Shown here piece after piece: positions 1 to 8,196 of a DNA stretch of 28,928 bases. A model generated the notes under the pieces. The model made no database searches. It was not told the origin of the DNA and saw only the letters and a program-made list of their open reading frames with translations. Position 1 is the stretch's first letter. Each line of letters begins with the position of its first letter. The position numbers and the translations under genes are program-made. The stretch spans positions 1 through 28,928 of IMG/VR virus record IMGVR_UViG_3300029319_000347; one strand, given 5' to 3'. This stretch comes from a virus. Lineage: Duplodnaviria > Caudoviricetes.

Positions 1-645
1 ACAGGTAATGTCACCGGTACACCAGTTAGACCTGGCACAGTAATTACAGAAGAAGAAGCAGAAGAATTATTAGCACAAGATTTACAAGAGTTTGAAACAA
101 ACGTTTATAACAGAATGGTAAATTACAATACACCATTGTCACAAAGAGAGTTTGATTACATGGTAATTGCTACATTTAACAGAGGTAATGAGATAGTAGG
201 TAAAAAACTTTATACAGCAGTAAGTAACAGAGAACAAGAAACTATAAGTAAATTAATGGCAAAAACTATAACAGGTAGTGATCCTAATGTTATGACAGGA
301 TTAGAAAATAGAATTGCAGACGAAATAGATTTTTTGTTTGATTTTTCACAATATAGTGTTACACCTACAACATTAGGTCCAGTTAATTTACCAAGCACAA
401 CACCAACAACTATGCCTGGCAAAACAGAAGCAGGGTATCCTTTTGATATATATATACCACCAAGTCCTAAACAAGAAAAAGATAGACTAGATGGTTTTTT
501 TGCAAAAATGGAAGAACTAGGTATTGCATACGAAAATAAAGTAAATGAGTTACTAGGACTAGAACCAGGAGAGAAACCACCTAAACATGGTGTGTTAGGA
601 GATTTTATTATTAAAAAGTTTGACAAGTGGTTTGGCAATGACTGA
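1..645 (+). CDS. 5'-truncated virion protein with GH24 (phage lysozyme)-like C-terminal half
   Basis: Frame 1 is open from base 1 (TGNVTGTPVRPGTVITEEEAEELLAQDLQEFETNVYNRMVNYNTPLSQREFDYMVIATFNRG...GLENRIADEIDFLF). This matches the GH24 pattern G-x-x-IT-x-x-EA-x-x-LL-x-x-DL...LxQxxFD...FNxG...GLxxRRxxE. Catalytic residues would lie upstream of the window. Confidence 0.7.
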   Translation, partial: TGNVTGTPVRPGTVITEEEAEELLAQDLQEFETNVYNRMVNYNTPLSQREFDYMVIATFNRGNEIVGKKLYTAVSNREQETISKLMAKTITGSDPNVMTGLENRIADEIDFLFDFSQYSVTPTTLGPVNLPSTTPTTMPGKTEAGYPFDIYIPPSPKQEKDRLDGFFAKMEELGIAYENKVNELLGLEPGEKPPKHGVLGDFIIKKFDKWFGND

Positions 646-2410
646 ACAATTACCTATAGATGAAACAACGCCACCTAAAAAATTATATCATGGTTCACCT
701 GGCATAATACAAGACCTTGATTTTAATTATCGTGGTTTTCATGTTGGCACATACAAAGCAGCTTTAGATAGAAGATCAGGACAATTTGGTAGTACAAACT
801 GGAACAAACTTAGAGATACAATATCAGCATACGTAGATAAAGAATTAGATTACAACAGTAACTTTGCAAAAGCAGCAGAAGAAGCAGCAAGCAAAGATCT
901 AAAGAATCCATATTTTTACCAAGATTCTGTTTTTTATAAAGTAACAACAGACAAAGATTACACACATGAGTTACGTATTATTGGTTACATGGACGGTGAT
1001 ACACCGACTATGAGATTGTATTGGTGTGACGACAACATGAGAAGTTACATGATGGGCATGAGACCACCACTAGAAGACACTACAGAGTTTGCACAATTTA
1101 TTATGAATGATATTGGTGAAGTAGAAGACATAGCTTCTTCAAGCACAGTGCAAGATTATTTAAGAGGTGCAGCAAAAATAGATGTACCAGAAAATTTTAC
1201 AAATGATTATTTGTATGAAGTAACAATAAAAGATAATCCTAAAATAGCAGTTGTTAACGAGTTGTTAGTTTATGACGGTACAAATTTTGCATTACTCGAC
1301 GCAGATAACGCAGCAAACAATATAGAGTTGTTTAAATTCGGTAGAGAAGGAAATGTAAAATTTGATAAAGTAGGTGCTGTTTTAGAGATGACGCCAAATA
1401 TGTCAAGACAAATACAGAATGGTATACCTTTACAAGCAGTTATAAACAACGCAGGTGTTCAACCAATCTCTGCAGGTAAATATTTACAAGATAAAGTAAA
1501 CGCTGATTTACTTGCTTATAAAAATGTAGTAGAAGATAATGGCAGTACAAGTTACATAATTTTAAAAGATGACAAAGTAGATATACAATTCGCAGCACCA
1601 GAACAACAAGTACAGTTTCAATTAGAAGTAGATCAAAACCAAACAAGGACCTATTTACAAGACGCAAAAATATATACAGATTTAGATTTAACAGATCCTA
1701 TAAATACTGCAGACATAGCAGATACTATCAATAGTCAGTATGCAATGGAAGGTATGAGAAAAACAGGAGGATATTATAAACCAACAGCTGACGCAAGAAT
1801 AAAATATTTTAGCGAAGCTATATTACCTGCAATAAAAGGTGATGATTTATACACTATAGAAAATGCAGTAATTGATACATTAAAAGCTAATGAAGAGCAA
1901 AAGAAAAAGGCAAAGCGTAGAATATTTAGAAAAGGTAAAAATATAGGTAAAAGATTAGGCATGGTAAATCCATTAGCAGGTGGACCATTAGGTGCAGCAA
2001 TGATGGAAGCATTAGACTATTACGAAACATTAGTTATGATAGGTGGATTGGCGTATGCTTTTGCACCGGACACAGGCAAAATTGTAAAGAACTCTGCAAA
2101 CCATATATTAGAAACTATGGCAAATGCAGCAGGTTATAACATAAAAATAGAAGATTATGACTATGACTGGCGTCGTGTTAACAATACTTTAGATTGGATA
2201 GAAGCTGTATCTCCAACAGATATTGTGTTAAACAAAGCAGGTAAAGCATTACAAAGCGATACAGATATGAACCAACCATATATGGCAAGTTTTGGTGAAA
2301 TACCTATGCCAGATAAAGTAGGTAAAACATTAACAACACAACAAGCAAAAGATACAGAGAGAGATCCTATGTATGATAGAATTATAAGGACATTTAGTGG
2401 GAAATATTAA
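638..2410 (+). CDS. Probable internal virion protein with ART-PolyVal-like ADP-ribosyltransferase domain
   Basis: Motifs LYHGS..., GFHVGTYKAALDR, YLYEVTIKDNP, YKNVVEDNGSTSYIIL. ATG 638 overlaps the end of the upstream ORF (the track uses TTG 620). Confidence 0.6.
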   Translation: MTEQLPIDETTPPKKLYHGSPGIIQDLDFNYRGFHVGTYKAALDRRSGQFGSTNWNKLRDTISAYVDKELDYNSNFAKAAEEAASKDLKNPYFYQDSVFYKVTTDKDYTHELRIIGYMDGDTPTMRLYWCDDNMRSYMMGMRPPLEDTTEFAQFIMNDIGEVEDIASSSTVQDYLRGAAKIDVPENFTNDYLYEVTIKDNPKIAVVNELLVYDGTNFALLDADNAANNIELFKFGREGNVKFDKVGAVLEMTPNMSRQIQNGIPLQAVINNAGVQPISAGKYLQDKVNADLLAYKNVVEDNGSTSYIILKDDKVDIQFAAPEQQVQFQLEVDQNQTRTYLQDAKIYTDLDLTDPINTADIADTINSQYAMEGMRKTGGYYKPTADARIKYFSEAILPAIKGDDLYTIENAVIDTLKANEEQKKKAKRRIFRKGKNIGKRLGMVNPLAGGPLGAAMMEALDYYETLVMIGGLAYAFAPDTGKIVKNSANHILETMANAAGYNIKIEDYDYDWRRVNNTLDWIEAVSPTDIVLNKAGKALQSDTDMNQPYMASFGEIPMPDKVGKTLTTQQAKDTERDPMYDRIIRTFSGKY

Positions 2411-3654
2411 TGCCAGTAGTAGATAAATCAGAAAATAAATTAATTAACACTATCTCTAAAGATTTTGAGATATGGGAAGAAATAACAGAATTTGGTAGTA
2501 AATTTTATTTAGTAGCACAGTTACCTAGCTTTGAAGGTACAGGCGGTGCGTTTACATGGCGTTATGATATATCAGATTATAACGCTATAAAAGATAAAAC
2601 AGCTAGTAGTAATTTAGTAGCAAATGTTGTTGTTGATAGTGAATATAACATTGTAGAAGGTGATACTGCAATAACATCAGAAGCATATAAAAATAGTTTT
2701 TATTTTGGTAATGCTAATCAATTATTGTTTTCTACAGCAGAAGCAGGTGCGCAACCTTATGATCATCTTGTTAACGCACTTATGGAAGAAGCAAAATATA
2801 GTGAATGGATTTTATCAGAAGACGAGAATGGTAGATTAGATTTCTTAGCAGTGGCAATAGAAGCAGCACTAGAAGGACAGACAGTCAGGCAAGCAGACTT
2901 AGAACGTACTACATGGTGGCAAACACACACTCCTACAGAGAGAGCAGCAGCAGAATTATTTGCAAGTGATCCTGCACAATATGCACAAAAATCTTTATCT
3001 ACACAACAAAGTATTGTTGATGGCATGATTAGTAGAGGTGTACAAACAATAAATAAAGATGTAGTACAAGGACTTACAAGTCTGTTTGTCAAAGGCACAA
3101 TAGCTAGTGAAGACGAACTAAACAGAATATTAGATAAAATGATAAACGATCAGATAAGATATACACCAAGTGTAGAAGTACAAGCTGTACTTACAGGTCA
3201 ATCATTTGACAATATTGTTGCAACTAGAGGTTTAGCAAAAGAAATAGATAGTGTTCTTGGACCTGGTGCTAGTGAAAATTATGATTTAGAAGCTATTGTA
3301 AAAGAAGGTCAAGCTAATCCTGCATGGTATAACGAAGTATTTATACCACAGGTAGAAGCAGCGTTCCAAACAAAGTATTCACAATTTTCTGGTACTAATG
3401 TAAAAAGTTATGAAACTGCAGCAGGTGCATTTAGAAATGAATGGCAATCTATAACAGGACAAATGCCTGATGAAACTACAAATGATTGGCAAAAGTTTTT
3501 TGCAACAAATGACGCAAAAGAACGAGAAGATATTGCATTTGCAGCTGCAGCTAAACTAGGTACACAAACATATAGAGATACATTACAAAGTAAACTAGAT
3601 AGTACTTTTGGATCAGCAGGTATGAGAGCAACAGGTGGAGGTAGATTTCAATGA
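2410..3654 (+). CDS. Hypothetical protein, probable internal virion protein
   Basis: 414 aa ORF, TAATG-coupled, predicted helical, Gly-rich C-terminus. Call is from context only. Confidence 0.5.
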   Translation: MPVVDKSENKLINTISKDFEIWEEITEFGSKFYLVAQLPSFEGTGGAFTWRYDISDYNAIKDKTASSNLVANVVVDSEYNIVEGDTAITSEAYKNSFYFGNANQLLFSTAEAGAQPYDHLVNALMEEAKYSEWILSEDENGRLDFLAVAIEAALEGQTVRQADLERTTWWQTHTPTERAAAELFASDPAQYAQKSLSTQQSIVDGMISRGVQTINKDVVQGLTSLFVKGTIASEDELNRILDKMINDQIRYTPSVEVQAVLTGQSFDNIVATRGLAKEIDSVLGPGASENYDLEAIVKEGQANPAWYNEVFIPQVEAAFQTKYSQFSGTNVKSYETAAGAFRNEWQSITGQMPDETTNDWQKFFATNDAKEREDIAFAAAAKLGTQTYRDTLQSKLDSTFGSAGMRATGGGRFQ

Positions 3655-4940
3655 GCATATTACAAAGATTTTTAAATATAGAGAGAGCTTTTAAACCTAG
3701 TGATGTACTAACTGGTCAAAGAGAACTTAGTGCTAGTGATGATATAGGTGCTATTAGAGAAGAAGCAGCAAAGAATGCAGCAGTACAAGCAGAGAGAAGA
3801 CGTAGAGAGTTTTTAGCACAACAAGAAGCTGATAGACAAGCAGCAGCACAAGAAGCAGCAGCGGCAGCGGCAGCTGCAGCAGCATTAGCAGAAGCAGAAG
3901 CGGCAGCAAAAGCAGAAGCAGACGCTGCAGCAGAAGCAGCAAGACAAGCTGCTAATGAAGCAGAGAGAAGAAGACTTGCACAAGAAGCAGCGAGACTAGA
4001 AGAAGAGAGACGTAGATTAGCAGACTTAGCTAATAGACAACCTCCACCATTACCTGGTCCACAAGTAGTTGTACCTGGTGATCCTGTAGAAGAATTTGAT
4101 GGATTACAGTTTGCAAAAGAAAATTATTCATGGTTAGGTGATGAACTTATAACAACATTTATAGACGAATTTAACACAAACGGTGGTGATGAAGAAGAAG
4201 CTATAAGAGTTGTAAGAACTACACAAGCATATAAAGATAAGTTTCCAGGTATATTTAGAGAAGATGGTAAAACGTTACGTATAGATACATCAACACCAGA
4301 ATTAGATTATGTAAAAATTAAAGAAGATTATTCTAATTTATTACAAGACTACAATCTAAATCCAGAGTATTTTGAAGATCAAATAGAAACATTATTTAAA
4401 AATGATGTGTCACCTTTTACATTTGAAGAAAGATTAAACACAGCATATAACGCATTGTTTAACCAGTTTGACGCAGTAAAACAATATTACGTTAATAACT
4501 ATCCAGATGTATTTCCTAGTACAGAAGATATAACAGATGAAGCAATATTTGCTAGTTTTATATCTGAAGATATATCAGAAGAAATTATACAACAACGTAT
4601 TGACGTAGCACAAATAGGTGGTGCATTACAAGAACAAGGTTTTGCTATATCTACAGAACAAGCTACAAGATTAGTAAGTGCAGGATTAACAGGAGAAGGC
4701 GCACAAAGATTAGCAGCTAGAGCAGAAACACAATTACCTAGATTACAAAGACTTGCTAGAAGATTTACAGGTAGAGAAGATATATTTGGTTTGTCAGAGT
4801 TTATTGAATCAGAAGTATTCGGTTCAGGTGTTGCAGATCAAATAAGAGACAGACTAGAAGCAGAAGCACAAACAGCATTTACAAGAGAAGGTGGTGCTGC
4901 TGTTACTGCTAGAGGTGTCACAGGACTAGAGGAGGTCTAG
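3651..4940 (+). CDS. Hypothetical protein with Ala/Glu/Arg coiled coil, probable internal virion protein
   Basis: 429 aa, ATGA-coupled; AAAQEAAAAAAAAAALAEAEAAAK stretch followed by a PPPLPGP linker. Confidence 0.5.
   Translation: MSILQRFLNIERAFKPSDVLTGQRELSASDDIGAIREEAAKNAAVQAERRRREFLAQQEADRQAAAQEAAAAAAAAAALAEAEAAAKAEADAAAEAARQAANEAERRRLAQEAARLEEERRRLADLANRQPPPLPGPQVVVPGDPVEEFDGLQFAKENYSWLGDELITTFIDEFNTNGGDEEEAIRVVRTTQAYKDKFPGIFREDGKTLRIDTSTPELDYVKIKEDYSNLLQDYNLNPEYFEDQIETLFKNDVSPFTFEERLNTAYNALFNQFDAVKQYYVNNYPDVFPSTEDITDEAIFASFISEDISEEIIQQRIDVAQIGGALQEQGFAISTEQATRLVSAGLTGEGAQRLAARAETQLPRLQRLARRFTGREDIFGLSEFIESEVFGSGVADQIRDRLEAEAQTAFTREGGAAVTARGVTGLEEV
3770..4035 (+). repeat. Low-complexity GCA/GAA codon repeats encoding an Ala-rich helix
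   Basis: Runs of gcagcagca/gaagca in frame with ORF 3651-4940. Confidence 0.7.
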
Positions 4941-5113
4941 TGTTTAAATGGGTAAGAGCTAGAAATAAAAAAGGTCATTTTATTGCTGACAAGGCATGGA
5001 CTTTTTGGAATGACGCTTATAAAATAAAATTGACACAACCAGGAAAAAATGCGTTAGCAGTGATTATTTGTGTTATAATAATCTTATTGGCGTGGTCTGT
5101 ATCCGCCAACTAA
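4940..5113 (+). CDS. Small membrane protein, 57 aa (not in ORF track)
   Basis: GGAGG at 4931, GTG overlapping the upstream TAG. MFKWVRARNKKGHFIADKAWTFWNDAY...LAVIICVIIILLAWSVSAN, with a C-terminal hydrophobic helix. Confidence 0.7.
   Translation: MFKWVRARNKKGHFIADKAWTFWNDAYKIKLTQPGKNALAVIICVIIILLAWSVSAN
5071..5079 (+). promoter_or_regulatory. Extended -10 promoter (TGtTATAAT) upstream of the head genes
   Basis: Perfect TGnTATAAT; a hairpin begins 8 nt downstream. Confidence 0.5.
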
Positions 5114-5260
5114 ATAATAGATCGACAATTCTGGATTAGGTTCCTACGTCTAGTCCACGTAATAAATTCGTAGAGGTGTTGTATGCGTATGTTACAGCGC
5201 CCATTCAACATGTATAAAATACTGTAACCACTCCCAATATGTACCACACCTTATTGGAGT
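5087..5260 (+). ncRNA. Candidate structured leader RNA with pseudoknot
   Basis: Stems 5087-5092/5104-5109, 5132-5139/5150-5157, 5191-5197/5222-5228 and 5230-5239/5252-5260. Loop CTACG 5144-5148 is complementary to CGTAG 5169-5173. Confidence 0.5.
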
Positions 5261-5293
5261 TAAGTGTAATAGTGTGAGAAATGGAGAATATCA

Positions 5294-5752
5294 ATGACTG
5301 ATACAAACGAAAACGAAGTAATGGAAAATACAGAAAATAATGAAGGCATAAAAGGTTTAAGGGACAAACTTAAATCTGTAGAAGCAGAGAATAAAGAACT
5401 AAAGAGTGTCGTAAAGACTTCTTTGTTTAAAGATGTTGGACTAGATCCTACCTCTGGCACAGGTAAAATGGCATTCGATCTATATGATGGAAAACCAGAT
5501 ACCGCAGAGTTAGGTGCATGGTTAAAGGAAACTTACAACATTGATACTGAAGTACAGCAGAACAACGAAGTAGCTGCTGCGAAGATCATGGAAAGTGACC
5601 AGAAACTAGAAGCTATACAACAAAATTCACAAGCTATAAAAACGCCTGACTTTACAGAACGTGTTAATGAAATTATTTCTGATCCAAATACGTCAGTAAG
5701 AGATAGTCTTAGAGCAAAATTAGCTTTACAAGAACAAGAGAAACGCAATTAA
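5294..5752 (+). CDS. Capsid scaffolding protein (putative)
   Basis: GGAG RBS; acidic N-terminus and coiled coil (IKGLRDKLKSVEAENKELK); lies directly before the capsid gene. Confidence 0.7.
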   Translation: MTDTNENEVMENTENNEGIKGLRDKLKSVEAENKELKSVVKTSLFKDVGLDPTSGTGKMAFDLYDGKPDTAELGAWLKETYNIDTEVQQNNEVAAAKIMESDQKLEAIQQNSQAIKTPDFTERVNEIISDPNTSVRDSLRAKLALQEQEKRN

Positions 5753-5782
5753 TTAAAGTCGCAAGACTAGAAGGGAAATATA

Positions 5783-6829
5783 ATGGGTGCAATATCAGGT
5801 GCAAATCCGATAGTAGCTAGTGATATTAATAATTTTACTGGTGAACTATTTAAAATAACACCACATAGAACTCCTCTACTAGCAGCAGCAGGTGGATTGA
5901 ACGGCGGAAATGCTATCAATAGTACATTCTTCCAGTTTCAAACACAAGACAATGCAACAATTACTTCTGTTACTCCTGATGATGAAGGTGGTTCACCTAA
6001 CTATTCAGGTAGAAATAGAAGCGCACAACAGGGCGTTCTTCAGATTTTCCATGAAGCAGCACAAGTATCTTATACAGCACAAGCTGCGTCAGGTGAAATC
6101 GTACCTTTCCAATTATCTGGAAACTACAAGAACTCCGATCCTGCATTATCTTTAGAGGGTAATAATCCTATCTCTGATGAGTTAGCTTATCAGATGGAAT
6201 TGGTACTGGAAACAGTAGCTAAGAAGGTTGAGTTCCAAGCATTTAATGGAGCTTATAACGACGGAACATCAGGTGATCGTCAAATGAGAGGTCTTAAAGA
6301 ACACCAAGACCTATCAGGCGGTAACTCTGTAAATAACGACGACGGTGCAGGTACTCCTGCCGCACAAAAAATCAACTGGGACATCATTGCTTCTGCAATG
6401 AAAACTCTTTATGACGCAGGTGCGCCAATGAGACAACCAGTTCTTTTTGTTAGTCCAACAATGTTGTTGGATCTTAACAAAGAATTAGTTAATGCAACAG
6501 TCGGATCTGTTAATTACGGAATCCTACCAAGAGACAGAAATGTTGGAGGTGTTGACATTGATACAATCGTTACACCATTCGGATCATTAGGTCTCGCATT
6601 ATCTGATTACTTGCCTGCAGGAACCATCACCGGTTCTAAGCAAGCATTTATCGTTGACCTTAGCTTCGTCAAACCAGTATTCCTTAACATTCCAGGTTAT
6701 GGAACTATGTTTGTTAGAGACTTAGATCAAAACGATCAAGCAAGAATTGCAAAAGCAGTATATATGGAAATGGCTTTCGATTTCGGACCACAACAATATC
6801 ACTGTGCAATCGACAACGTAGTTGGTTAA
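5783..6829 (+). CDS. Major capsid protein (SU10-MCP/DUF5309-like, HK97 fold)
   Basis: 348 aa; GELFKITPHRTPLL, QIFHEAAQVSYTAQA, ELAYQMELVL, RQMRGL, GGVDIDTIVTPFG. Codon usage looks like a highly expressed gene (TTC/AAC/ATC), and a strong hairpin follows. Confidence 0.85.
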   Translation: MGAISGANPIVASDINNFTGELFKITPHRTPLLAAAGGLNGGNAINSTFFQFQTQDNATITSVTPDDEGGSPNYSGRNRSAQQGVLQIFHEAAQVSYTAQAASGEIVPFQLSGNYKNSDPALSLEGNNPISDELAYQMELVLETVAKKVEFQAFNGAYNDGTSGDRQMRGLKEHQDLSGGNSVNNDDGAGTPAAQKINWDIIASAMKTLYDAGAPMRQPVLFVSPTMLLDLNKELVNATVGSVNYGILPRDRNVGGVDIDTIVTPFGSLGLALSDYLPAGTITGSKQAFIVDLSFVKPVFLNIPGYGTMFVRDLDQNDQARIAKAVYMEMAFDFGPQQYHCAIDNVVG

Positions 6830-6850
6830 TCCAACTAATTAGATTATTCC

Positions 6851-6878
6851 AAGACCGCTATATAAACGTAGCGGTCTT
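6851..6878 (+). terminator. Hairpin terminator/stabiliser after the capsid gene
   Basis: AAGACCGCTA-tataaacg-TAGCGGTCTT, perfect 10-bp stem with only a short U tract. Confidence 0.65.
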
Positions 6879-6903
6879 TGGAGTATGTTAAAATAAGGAC
6901 ACA

Positions 6904-7245
6904 ATGTACGGAAGAACAAAAAGCGAAGTAGCTTTAATTGATATATCAGAAGACGCAAGTAACAGTAACGCAGTAAATTGTGACAACATGTTACTATGCG
7001 GTATTGTATTCCCGTCAGCTATGACAGGAACTGCTGTTACATTTGACTATTCAGTCGATGGAACAAACTTTGTAGACATCAAAGAAACAGATGGCACCGA
7101 AGTATCCTACACAGTAAGTGCAGGAGACGCAATAAGAATCGATCCTAGTGGTTGGGCATTTGCAGGCGGTGGTTTTATTAGAATCACATCTGGATCAACA
7201 GAAGCTGCTGACAGAAAAATTAAATTATTATTTAGAACTGCATAA
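6904..7245 (+). CDS. Small beta-rich virion protein (decoration/spike-like)
   Basis: 113 aa after the MCP; YSVDGTNFVD and other beta-strand patterns. Confidence 0.5.
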   Translation: MYGRTKSEVALIDISEDASNSNAVNCDNMLLCGIVFPSAMTGTAVTFDYSVDGTNFVDIKETDGTEVSYTVSAGDAIRIDPSGWAFAGGGFIRITSGSTEAADRKIKLLFRTA

Positions 7246-7254
7246 GGAGAACCA

Positions 7255-8196
7255 ATGTCAACGTTTGGTCAACTTATAGACAGAACTTATAGAGAATATC
7301 TTAGACCTGTAGAAGAGCAAGAACCTCTCACACAGGTTGCTAATACAGATGTTATTACAGGTGGCACAGGTCTTACATCTGCTGCTACCTCTATTAGCTA
7401 TCAAGCAGGTTTATTAACACCAGAAGAAGAAGAATTAATTGGTGCAGGTTCTGTTATAGAAATAGGTCAAGAACTTATCATGGTTGAGAACATTAACACT
7501 GTTGCTAGAACTCTTACAGTAGAGCGTGGTAGATTAGGTTCTACAGCTGCTGAACATTTGACTGGCACAGATATAATTATTAAACCAAAATATCCTAGAA
7601 TCAACGTAGCAAATGCTATAGGTGACCAGGTAGTTGGTTTGTTTCCTGCTTTATATGCAGTTAAGAAAACAACATTAACAACATCATCTACACAATTTGT
7701 AGAAATGCCTGCAGGTACACAAAGAATATTACAAGCAAAGATAGATAATTCTACTGCAGGATCTACTACAACTGTATATAGTGATATACCGTTAGAATTA
7801 CTTACAGACTTTACACCATCATCAACAGAATGTGCTGTACAATTTCCATCAACACCTACATCAGGTAAAAGTGTATTTGTTGTATATGCTTCTAAATTTA
7901 CAAGACCAACAACAGAAGCAACAGATCTAAACACTACATCAGGTCTAGAAGATTTCCATGAACAAATAGTTATGGTTGGTGCTATTGCACAGTTACTATC
8001 AGAACTAGATGTTGATGTTACAACACAAGACTTTATAACAGAAAACTTAGAACAAAGAGGTATACCTGTAGGTTCTGGTGAGAGATTACGTAATGCTTTG
8101 TTAAGATATTACGGAGTGTTACTAGACAGAGCAAGAAGAGAACAAAGATCAAGATTCCCACAAGGTGTAGAACTTTACGGGATTAGTTTTACCTAA
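7255..8196 (+). CDS. Head-tail adaptor / tail tubular protein A-like
   Basis: TAAGGAG RBS; N-terminal STFGQLIDR helix and C-terminal EDFHEQIVMVGAIAQLL; inserted LTVERGRLGSTAAEH beta domain; position after the head genes. Confidence 0.6.
   Translation: MSTFGQLIDRTYREYLRPVEEQEPLTQVANTDVITGGTGLTSAATSISYQAGLLTPEEEELIGAGSVIEIGQELIMVENINTVARTLTVERGRLGSTAAEHLTGTDIIIKPKYPRINVANAIGDQVVGLFPALYAVKKTTLTTSSTQFVEMPAGTQRILQAKIDNSTAGSTTTVYSDIPLELLTDFTPSSTECAVQFPSTPTSGKSVFVVYASKFTRPTTEATDLNTTSGLEDFHEQIVMVGAIAQLLSELDVDVTTQDFITENLEQRGIPVGSGERLRNALLRYYGVLLDRARREQRSRFPQGVELYGISFT

Noticed and set aside
5131-5175. preQ1-I riboswitch or pistol ribozyme identity for the pseudoknot
   Set aside because: The topology is loosely similar, but I could not match the conserved nucleotides, and the downstream gene is a scaffold. 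Left as an unassigned RNA.
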